A stretch of 64,000 nt of DNA from an uncultured virus (IMG/VR IMGVR_UViG_3300008110_000044) (IMGVR_UViG_3300008110_000044); one strand, 5' to 3'; shown: positions 47,707-57,530, counted from the first letter of the stretch. The notes: a model not told the origin generated them from the letters alone. A program made the numbers and translations.

Positions 47707-49215
47707 ATGGCTTCAAGTAAACAATACAAGAACGTATATACGATTCTTGAAAAAGTAAAGAAAGGTGAAATACAATCACACTATAAAACTAGTGATGGTT
47801 TATTCGGTAAGCTTAACTTTTATAAAAAAGCAGATCTTATCAAGCCCTATATTCACTACATAGATGAAGATAAACTTGATAATATTATAGATTCAGCTAT
47901 GAATAATCAAGCAAAAGTTAAGCAAGAGTATGACTACTTTTCTAAGAACAATAGTTTCAAATCTATCCCTGATGATAAAAAGCCAGATTTTCAAGCTTAT
48001 CAACAGAAGATAAGGGATAATTATAAGAAGATCCCTGAACATCTTAAGTATGACATCTTCAAAATGTACTACCATAAGATGAATAAACTTGAGTTTACAG
48101 AGCGTACAGATTCTAACCATACAAGATTTAGATTTCTTGAGAAAGCAAATAATCCTGTAGGTAAAATTATGACAGAAGGTGGAAACCTTAAATCATCAGT
48201 ATTTACTCGTAACATGATGATGTATTATCTAATGCAGCTTACTCAGCTAGAATATGTAGATCCAGATGCAGCACAAGACATTATGAATGGTCTTAATGGT
48301 CAATCTGCCTTTGATAATGAAGCAGCTGATAAAGCTTTAGATAAGATGTTTGGCTCTCAGACTAGTAAAAATGCACTAGAAAGAGCTATGCAAGATGCTC
48401 AAGATACTTGTAAAATGATGGATGATAATCTTAGTAAAGATATTCAAGAGCAGATGTTTGATGAGGCTTATAAAGAAAGAGGAGGAGGAGAAGCAGGAAA
48501 GTTAAGCCCTGATTATATGCGTCAGATAGCAGGAAGACTTGATAATATTAAAATGTCAATGTCATCTCTTAAAGAAAAGCTGAAAAAGCTTTTGGATAAG
48601 TCAGCTAGTTATTTCTCATCAAGAAGAATAACAACATATGATGACTTGTTTAATGCAGAGAGTATAGCTGGGCTAGAAGACTTTGAACTTCTACATCCAA
48701 AGTTGAGAAAAATCTTTGCTGAAGACTTACAAGTAAAGGATACAAAAGCTGTGGGTAAGATAGATGTGTATGTAGATATATCCGGATCAATGTCATCTAA
48801 TTGTGGATCACAAACAGATGATGGTCAGAGTATTTCTCGTATCAGCTTTGCTAAATCTATGTTAGCAAAGATGAAAGAAATGGATATGTTAAACGATGTA
48901 TATCTTTTTGATACCAGAGTAAAGAAGTATCGTAATGATTTAGTATCTATTTCTATGATAGACTGTAACGGTGGTACAAGCATTGATGTAGCCGTAAATA
49001 ACATCATGAGAACAGATAAAAATGCTATCATTATTACAGATGCCGAAGATAGATGTAGAGTCTTTACAGAGAAAGCATTCTTTATTGGATTAGAAGGAGC
49101 AAGATTTACTTCTTTTGACTCAGAAGTAATTAAACAATACTCAAATAGAGGCCAAGTAGTAGTATTTGATGGAACTAAAATTCACAAAGTTGATCAAGAC
49201 GGAGTAACATTATAA
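47707..49215 (+). CDS. VWA (MIDAS) domain protein, ViaA-like partner
   Basis: YVDISGSM, GGT and IITDA motifs. Confidence 0.85.
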   Translation: MASSKQYKNVYTILEKVKKGEIQSHYKTSDGLFGKLNFYKKADLIKPYIHYIDEDKLDNIIDSAMNNQAKVKQEYDYFSKNNSFKSIPDDKKPDFQAYQQKIRDNYKKIPEHLKYDIFKMYYHKMNKLEFTERTDSNHTRFRFLEKANNPVGKIMTEGGNLKSSVFTRNMMMYYLMQLTQLEYVDPDAAQDIMNGLNGQSAFDNEAADKALDKMFGSQTSKNALERAMQDAQDTCKMMDDNLSKDIQEQMFDEAYKERGGGEAGKLSPDYMRQIAGRLDNIKMSMSSLKEKLKKLLDKSASYFSSRRITTYDDLFNAESIAGLEDFELLHPKLRKIFAEDLQVKDTKAVGKIDVYVDISGSMSSNCGSQTDDGQSISRISFAKSMLAKMKEMDMLNDVYLFDTRVKKYRNDLVSISMIDCNGGTSIDVAVNNIMRTDKNAIIITDAEDRCRVFTEKAFFIGLEGARFTSFDSEVIKQYSNRGQVVVFDGTKIHKVDQDGVTL

Positions 49216-50517
49216 GTTCATCTTAGAACCTATTACCCCAAAGAATAACATAGGAATCTCAGGATTAGTACTAAAACTAGTCCTGAGTCCTATGTTAAAT
49301 TTAAAGCGTTTGGTTAAAGAATAATCCAATGCTGCTCCAGACATGAATGCCATGTCTGATGATTCAACGAACTTACCTTGCCTGGTTAAGTATGTTAAAG
49401 GAGAACCTGACATATAGATATCAGGTGATATAGAAAGCTTTTTATTTATAGTAAAAGGCTTAGTATAAAATAGAAGTATAGAAGACGTAACTGTGTATTC
49501 TTTATCTGCTGTAGCTACTGCTACGGTAGCATTGGCACCAGATACACCCCATTTACCTAATGGCCGGATGTATGCATATGTACCAAAACCAAAATAACTG
49601 CCAAAGGCGTAAGCTCCTGTGGCACCAAAGTTAGAAATAGACTTAAGCTTACCATCATCAAAGTGCATTTTAGTATAACGTGCACTTAGAGCAAACTGTT
49701 TTAAGTTGCTCCAAACCATCCCAGTTAGTCCCCAAGAGGACGCTCCTGTCATAGAAGACTGGGACATACCAAAAGTTGCAATAATATTCACTGACTTATC
49801 TAGAGATTGACCTCCGGTAAAGTCTGAATTAAATAATATTGGGTTTACTCTGGCTGCGGCCTTAGAGCCACCCTTAGATCCCTTCCCTCCACCTTTGGAG
49901 CTTTGTTTGCTTTCACTCTTTTTATCTTCTGATTTAGATTCTGAACTACTTTCAGAACTGCTTTCGGAACTACTTTCATTAGATGAGCTTTCATTAGAAG
50001 AAGAACTTTCACTGCTAGAGCTGCTACTACTAGATTCTGAGCTTGATCCCTGAGAACTGCTTGAACTACTGGCAGAGCTACTAGCAGCTGAAGAACTTGC
50101 AGAAGAAGCTGCAGTACTAGAAGCAGAAGATGCTGCACTTGAAGCAGCTGCAGATGCCGCAGAAGCACTTGCTTGACTGGCAGCAGCTGAAGCAGCCGAA
50201 CTTACGGCAGCAGATACAGCAGTGGCTGTAACTTGAGTAGTAGTCTGAGCAGTTTGAGCCTGAGAACAAGGAGATAATTTACGATATTCTTCATAAACTT
50301 GATTAAGCCATTGATTAAATACGCCATTGCGTACATCAGCGGCAGTAAAAGTACGAGACTTATTGTAGAAAATAATAGTAGTACTACCTGTAATAGGAAT
50401 AACAAAAGTTGAAGTAACTTTTGTACACGGGTCCGTGAATGTTTGGACGATAGTTTGAGAAAAAGCATATATTGGTACTATTAGTACTAATATTGACACA
50501 ATAATAAACTGTTTCAT
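49210..50517 (-). CDS. Secreted protein with Ser/Ala linker and C-terminal outer-membrane beta-barrel
   Basis: Signal peptide, long S/A/E linker, alternating aromatic/hydrophobic strands to the C-terminus. Confidence 0.65.
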   Translation of the reverse strand: MKQFIIVSILVLIVPIYAFSQTIVQTFTDPCTKVTSTFVIPITGSTTIIFYNKSRTFTAADVRNGVFNQWLNQVYEEYRKLSPCSQAQTAQTTTQVTATAVSAAVSSAASAAASQASASAASAAASSAASSASSTAASSASSSAASSSASSSSSSQGSSSESSSSSSSSESSSSNESSSNESSSESSSESSSESKSEDKKSESKQSSKGGGKGSKGGSKAAARVNPILFNSDFTGGQSLDKSVNIIATFGMSQSSMTGASSWGLTGMVWSNLKQFALSARYTKMHFDDGKLKSISNFGATGAYAFGSYFGFGTYAYIRPLGKWGVSGANATVAVATADKEYTVTSSILLFYTKPFTINKKLSISPDIYMSGSPLTYLTRQGKFVESSDMAFMSGAALDYSLTKRFKFNIGLRTSFSTNPEIPMLFFGVIGSKMNL

Positions 50518-51251
50518 TACTTTACAAAGATTCCTTTCTTGATCATACGGTCTAGAATTCTAGCACACGCTATATCAAGAGCTTTCTTTGTAGCAATAGA
50601 AATAGTAGATTGATTAAACTTAACGGGGTCCATAGCAGCATCAGATGTTATCCCAGCCACTTCTTTAGTAGTTTTTGCATCCCCAAGTCCAGAACCACTA
50701 AATACAACACCAGTTTCAGCATCAGTGAATCTAACCTGTAAACCAATGCGTGTGACCATAAGCTGCTTTGTACCATCCTTAAGAGAAATAGTTTCATCTT
50801 CTGATATAGAGTAATCATAACATTCTATAGTAACAAAGTACTTAGCTAAATTAATTTTGCCTCTACCATCTAGTTTGTTCTCTGAAATGCCAGCCTGGCT
50901 AGCCTGAAACTGCTTAACCATACGGTTCTTGATTTCAGTCTTATCTTCAGTAAACTTGAACCTATTAAGGTTCTCTAAATACTCCATTGAAATATTAGCC
51001 ACACCAAGACCTACACGTTTCTCTTTAAGTTCAGGATACATCTCATACATTTCATCTGAGATACCACACTTAAGAATTTGTATAGGAATCTGTGGACCAT
51101 CATAGTCCAAGAAATCTGATATATCTATGGCTTTTTCAAAGCTAGCCTTATACTGTTCAGTAGAAGTCTTAGCAATTTGAGAAAAGCCTACATTAACAAG
51201 CAAGAACATCGTTATAAAAAATAACAAGACGTATACAAATGTCTTTTTCAT
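50517..51251 (-). CDS. CsgG/FlgT-like exported protein
   Basis: Signal peptide; GLGVANI...LENLNRF..., AKYFVT, RIGLQVRFTDAETG. Confidence 0.65.
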   Translation of the reverse strand: MKKTFVYVLLFFITMFLLVNVGFSQIAKTSTEQYKASFEKAIDISDFLDYDGPQIPIQILKCGISDEMYEMYPELKEKRVGLGVANISMEYLENLNRFKFTEDKTEIKNRMVKQFQASQAGISENKLDGRGKINLAKYFVTIECYDYSISEDETISLKDGTKQLMVTRIGLQVRFTDAETGVVFSGSGLGDAKTTKEVAGITSDAAMDPVKFNQSTISIATKKALDIACARILDRMIKKGIFVK

Positions 51252-51252
51252 A

Positions 51253-51474
51253 CTACTGTAGTTTATTAGAATATTTGGACAATGCCCAATATAAAAGCCA
51301 GAAGACCCCTGATGTACAGTAAAATATCATATCTGTAATCCAAAAGCTCCCCGTAACATCTAAGAGTGTTTTGAATAGCATGTCGTAGCCTAACGGCAGG
51401 AAGAACATGGCTGCCATCAAACTTGCATCCCGAAAGGAACGTACCGTCTTTAGTCTTCTTCTTTTGTTCATCAA
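51253..51474 (-). CDS. Small two-TM membrane protein
   Basis: Basic N-terminus and two hydrophobic segments. Confidence 0.55.
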   Translation of the reverse strand: MMNKRRRLKTVRSFRDASLMAAMFFLPLGYDMLFKTLLDVTGSFWITDMIFYCTSGVFWLLYWALSKYSNKLQ

Positions 51475-51504
51475 TATCCATGTTATTGGATTAAGTGAAT
51501 AATA

Positions 51505-52122
51505 TTATTCAGGGTCTTTGATCTTACCACATTTAAGGCATTCAAGATCACCGTCCCCATCAGCGTCACCCCAAACGTGCTCACACTGTCTGTGTGCAAA
51601 GTACTCGTCTATCTTTCCGTCACCGTCAAAGTCTAGACCGTCCATGATACCGTCACCGTCTTCATCTATCTCTGTACCTTTTTTAGAAATTGTTGCTGTA
51701 TCAGATTTAGAATCTTCTGCTGTGCGGTGATTATCATCTTTATTCTCCGCAGCTTTTGCAGCAAATGCAGCAAAGGTTGGGTCAACTAATGAAGTCTGAG
51801 GTTTATTAGACTCTTTCATATCATTAGTATGACTTAGAGTAACACCATCTTCTTCATCCATCTTCTGTACAAGCATTTTATCTTTGTCAGTATCAGAGAA
51901 CCAGTAGTCTATAATCTTACCATAAGAACCAATAAAGGCACCTAGTAAAAGAAGTAGTAGTTCTTTCCACTCTCCTTGAATCTGAGTACCGTAATTAATA
52001 GCAACGAATATTCCACCAATAATAAGCATAAATGATCCAAGAACTAACGCTGTAATAAACCAGCGTCTTAGCATCATTGCATTCAATAAGGCCTGAAAGC
52101 CTGAAGGTTGTTTATTTTCCAT
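51505..52122 (-). CDS. Two-TM protein with DxDxDG Ca-binding loops and C-terminal Cys/His motif
   Basis: DEDGDG, DFDGDG, DADGDG; CEHVW...CLKC. Confidence 0.65.
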   Translation of the reverse strand: MENKQPSGFQALLNAMMLRRWFITALVLGSFMLIIGGIFVAINYGTQIQGEWKELLLLLLGAFIGSYGKIIDYWFSDTDKDKMLVQKMDEEDGVTLSHTNDMKESNKPQTSLVDPTFAAFAAKAAENKDDNHRTAEDSKSDTATISKKGTEIDEDGDGIMDGLDFDGDGKIDEYFAHRQCEHVWGDADGDGDLECLKCGKIKDPE

Positions 52123-52222
52123 ACTTGTTCAATATTTGTAGGTTTTGTTTTATTAGCTTAGCTTTTTTAAGACCAGAACGTCTACTACGCCTAGCTTTAG
52201 GTTTAGGTTGTGCGTTTGCCAT
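52112..52222 (-). CDS. Small basic protein (36 aa)
   Basis: MANAQPKPKARRSRRSGLKKAKLIKQNLQILNKYGK. Confidence 0.45.
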   Translation of the reverse strand: MANAQPKPKARRSRRSGLKKAKLIKQNLQILNKYGK

Positions 52223-52225
52223 AGT

Positions 52226-52534
52226 TTACCACTTTGGTGCTTCTTCTTTAAACTCATCACCTTCTTTCTTTTTAGGCTTAGGTGCTGGAGCAGCTGGTTT
52301 TTCAACCACTCTTTCAATCACTTTAGTGCCACCACCAGACTGAGCTTGCTGATTAGAGTTAGTAATATTAATAACAGGTGCTGGAGCTGCAACAGGAGCT
52401 GCTTCTTTATCACCACCACCAAGTAATGTAGATACCCAAACGCCACCGGCTGTTACTACAGTACCTAATACACCTACAATAGTCTTCTTAAGACTAGACC
52501 AAGTGCCTTCATTTTGTACATTTTCTTCTGACAT
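52226..52534 (-). CDS. Single-TM protein with Pro/Ala-rich tail
   Basis: TIVGVLGTVVTAGGVWV then APVAAPAP. Confidence 0.6.
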   Translation of the reverse strand: MSEENVQNEGTWSSLKKTIVGVLGTVVTAGGVWVSTLLGGGDKEAAPVAAPAPVINITNSNQQAQSGGGTKVIERVVEKPAAPAPKPKKKEGDEFKEEAPKW

Positions 52535-52541
52535 AGTGTTT

Positions 52542-52928
52542 TTATTTAATTGTTATTGGATACTTAACCTCATTACCGTCAACATCTATAAAAATAAGAT
52601 CATAATCTCTCTTAGACAGTGTCTTAAGATTATACGTCTTACTAGTAATGCTATCGGATGCAGTAAAACCATCTTTTACAGAAGGTTCATCTGATCCAAA
52701 CGGTAATACCTGCACAGAGTATTTAGCTCCAGCAGTAGTTTGAAACTTTACTGATACTACATTGTCTACTACTGAAATAGTTTTTATAGCAGTAGATGTA
52801 GATTTTTTACCAAGATCTACTACAGGAATTGGTTGTATTTCAATCTTTGTACAACCATTCAAGAAATAGATAATACCGACAAGCAGTATCATAAGGGCAA
52901 GCAATAATCCAAAGTCTTTGTTTTTCAT
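52542..52928 (-). CDS. Lipoprotein with Ig-like/T9SS-CTD-like C-terminus
   Basis: LNGC lipobox; ends YNLKTLSKRDYDLIFIDVDGNEVKYPITIK. Confidence 0.55.
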   Translation of the reverse strand: MKNKDFGLLLALMILLVGIIYFLNGCTKIEIQPIPVVDLGKKSTSTAIKTISVVDNVVSVKFQTTAGAKYSVQVLPFGSDEPSVKDGFTASDSITSKTYNLKTLSKRDYDLIFIDVDGNEVKYPITIK

Positions 52929-52932
52929 AGTT

Positions 52933-55065
52933 TTAGAAGTTGTTATAACCGGTTAATTTAATTTTGTCTGAGTTCAGCTTGATACCTAATTGCACACCTT
53001 TGTTATTACTAGCATCCATAGTAGGAGAAACTCTTATTACTGTAAGAATATCAAGTCCATTTACAAGGCTAGAAAACTTAAGCTTAAAAGGAACTAAAGA
53101 AGTACCGTTTATAGCTTCAGTGTTGTTTTTATCAAGAGAACCAAACTTTACTCTTCCTGTTGTGGTATTCACAAAAGTGTACCAAGTATTAGGTAGGGTT
53201 AAGGCAACCTCTTCAAACTTTAACTTTGTTGGGTCATACTTAAATTCAAACTGAAGACCACTTACAGGATTTCCGTTTGTATTTATACCCACTGGTATTT
53301 CTATATTATTAGAAGTTACCGTTATATTAGATAGATTTACATCTATTGATCCAGATTCTGTACTTGCCTGTGCTGTACTCATTGTAGTATTAGCCATGCT
53401 TACAAATGCCTCATTCTTAAATAGACTATTAGCAGCATTTGTCTGTACAGTAGTAGTTGTACCATCAAAAGTAACAACCTGAGAAGAATGTGATCTATTC
53501 ACATCTCCCCATAAAATATACTTAAGATTCAGCTGAGCATTTGTACCAAGAGCACCTGTTCTAAAATAAGATTTTGGTGCAGTAATAGTATTCCAGTTAG
53601 CTGGAGTAATAGCACCCCAAACATTATTAGGACTATTATTAAATTCATACTCACACTTAAGAGCATATTCACCTGATTGTGCAGTAGCTCTTATATACTG
53701 ACTGTAGATTGATGTTTCAACATTGGAAAATGAAGAAGGAACTTTATATACAGCCCAGGTATTATCTGATAAACCAGCATCATACTGTACAGGACCAGCA
53801 TATAAATCAAAAACTTGTACAGATTTAATCTGATCTGCAGTAGGACCTCCTTGTACAAATTCACGTTTATCTATATGTAGTCTACTTACACCAGAAGAAT
53901 ATCCATTTACAACAAAGTATGCAAACTCTACAGCTCCAGGAATACTAGTAGCTTGTGTTGCATGCCAGCTTGGTAAACTAATATACCCACCTGATCCAAT
54001 AGTATACCCTGATGGTAAATTAACCAAGGTATCTATACCGGCTACCTGTGCAAGAAGCATAGGTAAGTCACCACCATTGAAAGATCTATCTTTATTTATA
54101 TCGGCAGCGTAGCTTGACTGTCCAGTTTTGATTGTAGTATTAGACATACTTCCATCAAGATTAGCTGAAGTAAATTCAGCCTGAGCTGAAGTAAAGTCTG
54201 AAATAGTTATGGCTGAGTTCATAATAGAATAGAATGTATCCATTCTTGCCATTACACTTACATCATATACTTTATTAGCTGCTAACAAGGACTGATTAAT
54301 ATTTACAGTACCATCTGAGTTAACATCAAATAACACGCCTGTATTAGTAACAGTATCTCTGAAAGATACTTTTAAAGGAGATATAGTATGCAGATTAGAG
54401 TTAAGATCAACCTTTGCAGATACATACTTACCAAAGTTTTGGTTCATCTGAACTGTAGAACTAAGAGGAGACTCTTGAATAGTATTATTATAAGCACCAT
54501 TTACATCCCAACCTGCTACAAAGTTTAGCTTTATAGGATTGAATGTATAAGCTGTGGAAGCATCTCTTAACTTAAATCTAAGTACAATTAATCTATCATA
54601 GCTACTATACGGCATTGCATTATTAGTAGCCCAGTTAAGGTTAACTCTTAAAATAGCATTAGGGCCACCTTGTGTATAAGAGTAAGCAGAATTTTGATAG
54701 TTACTAGTACCGTTTGATGTAGTATTTAACTGACTAGAGTTAAAACTATAACCAGGATAAACATAATGAGATATACTAATAGTTGATTGTTGTGGTAGTA
54801 CACCACCGTTTCCGCCAGTACCTGTATGGTTAGCAGAAATTAATTCAAAGTTAGCATTGTCAAACTGTAGATCAAAGAGCAACTGTCTTGTTGTGTTATT
54901 ACCGTTACCATTTGCGTCTATCCAAAGTTCAAACTGGTCACCACGGTTAATAACAGTACCTCCAATATTAGATGTTATGCTAGATTGTCTAAGTTTAAAT
55001 TTAATCTGTGCATAACTAAACATTGTTATAAAAGATAACAAAGCAAGCAAAAATAGTTTTTTCAT
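52933..55065 (-). CDS. Secreted cohesin-dockerin-cohesin-like protein
   Basis: Signal peptide; FDLQFDNANFEL and GLQFEFKYDPTKLKF cohesin-like; AADINKDRSFNGGDL dockerin/EF-like. Confidence 0.65.
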   Translation of the reverse strand: MKKLFLLALLSFITMFSYAQIKFKLRQSSITSNIGGTVINRGDQFELWIDANGNGNNTTRQLLFDLQFDNANFELISANHTGTGGNGGVLPQQSTISISHYVYPGYSFNSSQLNTTSNGTSNYQNSAYSYTQGGPNAILRVNLNWATNNAMPYSSYDRLIVLRFKLRDASTAYTFNPIKLNFVAGWDVNGAYNNTIQESPLSSTVQMNQNFGKYVSAKVDLNSNLHTISPLKVSFRDTVTNTGVLFDVNSDGTVNINQSLLAANKVYDVSVMARMDTFYSIMNSAITISDFTSAQAEFTSANLDGSMSNTTIKTGQSSYAADINKDRSFNGGDLPMLLAQVAGIDTLVNLPSGYTIGSGGYISLPSWHATQATSIPGAVEFAYFVVNGYSSGVSRLHIDKREFVQGGPTADQIKSVQVFDLYAGPVQYDAGLSDNTWAVYKVPSSFSNVETSIYSQYIRATAQSGEYALKCEYEFNNSPNNVWGAITPANWNTITAPKSYFRTGALGTNAQLNLKYILWGDVNRSHSSQVVTFDGTTTTVQTNAANSLFKNEAFVSMANTTMSTAQASTESGSIDVNLSNITVTSNNIEIPVGINTNGNPVSGLQFEFKYDPTKLKFEEVALTLPNTWYTFVNTTTGRVKFGSLDKNNTEAINGTSLVPFKLKFSSLVNGLDILTVIRVSPTMDASNNKGVQLGIKLNSDKIKLTGYNNF

Positions 55066-55066
55066 T

Positions 55067-55714
55067 TTAGTCTAGAAGTTTATTTACTAATGAAACAGAT
55101 GTTTTCTTCAAAGCAGAACTAAGATTCTGTTGGTTGAATTTACCTCCTTGATCTATGACAATCGTAGACATAGATACTTCATCAGCTGACTCTTCAACGA
55201 TAGCTTTCTTTTTAACCTTTCCGTTTTCAATAAGCTGTCCTTTGAGTCTAATAACGACTGACTCTTTATTTTTATGAAGAACAGACAAACTTGTCTGTGT
55301 CTTAAGTACATCTAAATAAACAATCTCTGCAGTAATTTTAAGAGATGCATTAGGATCTAACTCATACTCTTTATCCTGTAGAGCTTCTTCGATAACACTT
55401 TTAACACCAAACTCAAGATTACGGTTGCCTGCCAAAGAGCCTACAACTACTTTGTTTGTAACAGAAGATACATCTATCTTCTTAGGTTCTTCATAAAAGA
55501 TGTTTCTTGGGTCATGTGCCCATCGTCCATCAAATGTTACATCAAACCAGGTAATAATTTGTTTTATGGTTTCATCTCTACCTGAAAACTCCAAGTAAAC
55601 CATATATACTTGGAAGCATAAGGCTAGTGTTACCCATGTTAATGCACAGATAAGAAAAAACCATACAATCTTTTCTTTTACCCAGCCGTAAAAGTTTACA
55701 ATGTGTGCTCTCAT
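55067..55714 (-). CDS. Membrane-anchored CsgG/LptE-like protein
   Basis: TM helix, then FGVKSVIEEALQDKEYEL...ITAEIVYLD...LSSALKK. Confidence 0.5.
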   Translation of the reverse strand: MRAHIVNFYGWVKEKIVWFFLICALTWVTLALCFQVYMVYLEFSGRDETIKQIITWFDVTFDGRWAHDPRNIFYEEPKKIDVSSVTNKVVVGSLAGNRNLEFGVKSVIEEALQDKEYELDPNASLKITAEIVYLDVLKTQTSLSVLHKNKESVVIRLKGQLIENGKVKKKAIVEESADEVSMSTIVIDQGGKFNQQNLSSALKKTSVSLVNKLLD

Positions 55715-55750
55715 ATTAATAAATTTTGAGAGCTCAGAAATAAGCCAAAC

Positions 55751-55882
55751 TTATCTACCTTGCCCTCTATACTTTGAAACTTGTTTATCCTTAGGACCGC
55801 TGGTTTTCTTTGCGGAGCCTCCCTTTCTTTTACCAAATGATATTTTACGGGACTCTCCTCCTTTTGCTTTACCTTTTGCCAT
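55751..55882 (-). CDS. Small basic protein (43 aa)
   Basis: MAKGKAKGGESRKISFGKRKGG...KYRGQGR; coupled to the endolysin stop. Confidence 0.55.
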   Translation of the reverse strand: MAKGKAKGGESRKISFGKRKGGSAKKTSGPKDKQVSKYRGQGR

Positions 55883-56481
55883 TACACTAGAAGATTATGA
55901 TATTCTTTAAAATGTTTAATACGATCTGCTAGGCCAATAGTACCGCCATTTACACGTTTTGTAATTTTAGTTACTACTTCAGTAGAACTTCCAGTGTCAG
56001 CAATAGTGTTTAGACCGTTCTTATTCCAGAACCATGCTGCAGATGCCAAAGGATACTTAGTAGCTACTAAGTCCGGGTTATCTACAATACTTTCTGGCAC
56101 AGAAGCATCAAAGGCAGTATAATTCTGCTTACCGGTCAATTGGATAAATCCACGACCTCTAAACTTGAATCCCTCACCACTAGCTTCTGGTCCATTACCC
56201 ATACGAGAAGCATATACTTTATTAGCAATCTTCTGTGGTTGTCTAGCATAAGCATTAGCTAAAGCTTCTGTAGGAAAATACTTCTTGAAGATTCCCATCA
56301 GACCTTTAGCTGAATAGTTAAGATTTTCTTGAGTAAGCTTAAAACCACCAGACTCATGTCCACACTGAGCTAGAAAATGAGCTACACGCAAAGGAGTGTT
56401 AACATTAAACTTCTCCATTACACCTGGAATCTGTGCAATAACTGAATCTGGTACGTGGCCTTTTAGTTTCTCTAGGTTCAT
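55882..56481 (-). CDS. Endolysin, glycoside hydrolase family 19
   Basis: AHFLAQCGHES, ENLNYS, FRGRGFIQLTG and ITKRVNGG motifs. Confidence 0.93.
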   Translation of the reverse strand: MNLEKLKGHVPDSVIAQIPGVMEKFNVNTPLRVAHFLAQCGHESGGFKLTQENLNYSAKGLMGIFKKYFPTEALANAYARQPQKIANKVYASRMGNGPEASGEGFKFRGRGFIQLTGKQNYTAFDASVPESIVDNPDLVATKYPLASAAWFWNKNGLNTIADTGSSTEVVTKITKRVNGGTIGLADRIKHFKEYHNLLV

Positions 56482-56639
56482 AGTGAATTACTCTTAGGTT
56501 TAGACTTGTAATACGTTTTTTTAGGTTTAGGTTTGCTTTCCTGCTTTGGTGCAGGCATAGCAGTTTCCTTTACTTCTTCAACCTTTTTTTCAATTTTTTT
56601 CTTGAAAAGGTTGAGAAGCATCTTGATCATGCTTTTCAT
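56478..56639 (-). CDS. Small Lys/Pro-rich protein (53 aa)
   Basis: MKSMIKMLLNLFKKK...PKPKKTYYKSKPK; ATGA overlap with the endolysin start. Confidence 0.5.
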   Translation of the reverse strand: MKSMIKMLLNLFKKKIEKKVEEVKETAMPAPKQESKPKPKKTYYKSKPKSNSL

Positions 56640-56650
56640 GTTGTTAAGTT

Positions 56651-57292
56651 TTATTTATCCTTCTTACCGATTTTCCAGTAGGACTGGAAACCATATGTAA
56701 CATTGCCGTTAATATCAGTTCCGGCTTTCAAGCCATAGATCTGATCTCTTTTGGTTTTAAGAATCAAGCCAGCTTCTGCTGCTTGAGGCATGAGGGTTTT
56801 TGATGTATTGATACCAGCACCAATATAAAGCTGGTTTCTTTTAGGGGCTTGCTTAGTAATAGTCACTGTCTCTTTTACAATAGGAATGACATAGTCTGCA
56901 TTAATTGATCTTCCTGCTAGTCTATTAAACTGTACTGTATCTTTTATATAAAATCCACCCTTAAGCTGAGGTACTTTAATTGTATCAAAGAAGATAGCTT
57001 TTGCTGCATGTTCTCTAACTAAAGCTTCAAACTGAAGTTTTAATGCTGCATAGTTAGTATCAGCAATCATCTGAGGAGGTAGTGTAAGAGTATCTATATC
57101 ATAGATAATCTCTTTTACTGGTACCTTCTTTACAATAGTAGTATCATGTTGCTCCCATAGAGTATCAATTACTCTTACTGTATCTGCCTTGGGTTTATCA
57201 AAAAATCCCAGACCGTTATTACATCCCATGCGGGAAATTACCAGAACACCAATTACTACTAAAACAATAATCGCATATTTACTAAGCTTCAT
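56651..57292 (-). CDS. Putative spanin-like envelope protein
   Basis: N-terminal TM/lipobox-like MGC, DTV repeats, C-terminal beta-strands; in the lysis module. Confidence 0.5.
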   Translation of the reverse strand: MKLSKYAIIVLVVIGVLVISRMGCNNGLGFFDKPKADTVRVIDTLWEQHDTTIVKKVPVKEIIYDIDTLTLPPQMIADTNYAALKLQFEALVREHAAKAIFFDTIKVPQLKGGFYIKDTVQFNRLAGRSINADYVIPIVKETVTITKQAPKRNQLYIGAGINTSKTLMPQAAEAGLILKTKRDQIYGLKAGTDINGNVTYGFQSYWKIGKKDK

Positions 57293-57530
57293 CTTCTTTC
57301 TTTTTCTTGTGAGAGAATTTATCTACGCTGTCCGCACCAATACCTACACAGGTCATGATTAAAACAGCATCTACAAGAGCGTCAGAAGGTTTAATATCAC
57401 CATGAGTAAAGGAATTAGCAGTAAGCGTTATACATAAAAACAATGCTCCCATAAATCCAACTACTGGCTTAATAGAAGTAGATCCCCGTTCATCTTTGAA
57501 CAAATCAGTTATCCATTGCTTAAAAGTCAT
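57282..57530 (-). CDS. Putative holin
   Basis: Two TM helices, basic C-terminus, near the endolysin. Confidence 0.6.
   Translation of the reverse strand: MTFKQWITDLFKDERGSTSIKPVVGFMGALFLCITLTANSFTHGDIKPSDALVDAVLIMTCVGIGADSVDKFSHKKKKEDEA

Noticed and set aside
49920..50260. Repeat array or CRISPR
   Set aside because: Ser/Ala/Glu low-complexity coding linker; no regularly spaced repeats or cas genes seen in the window
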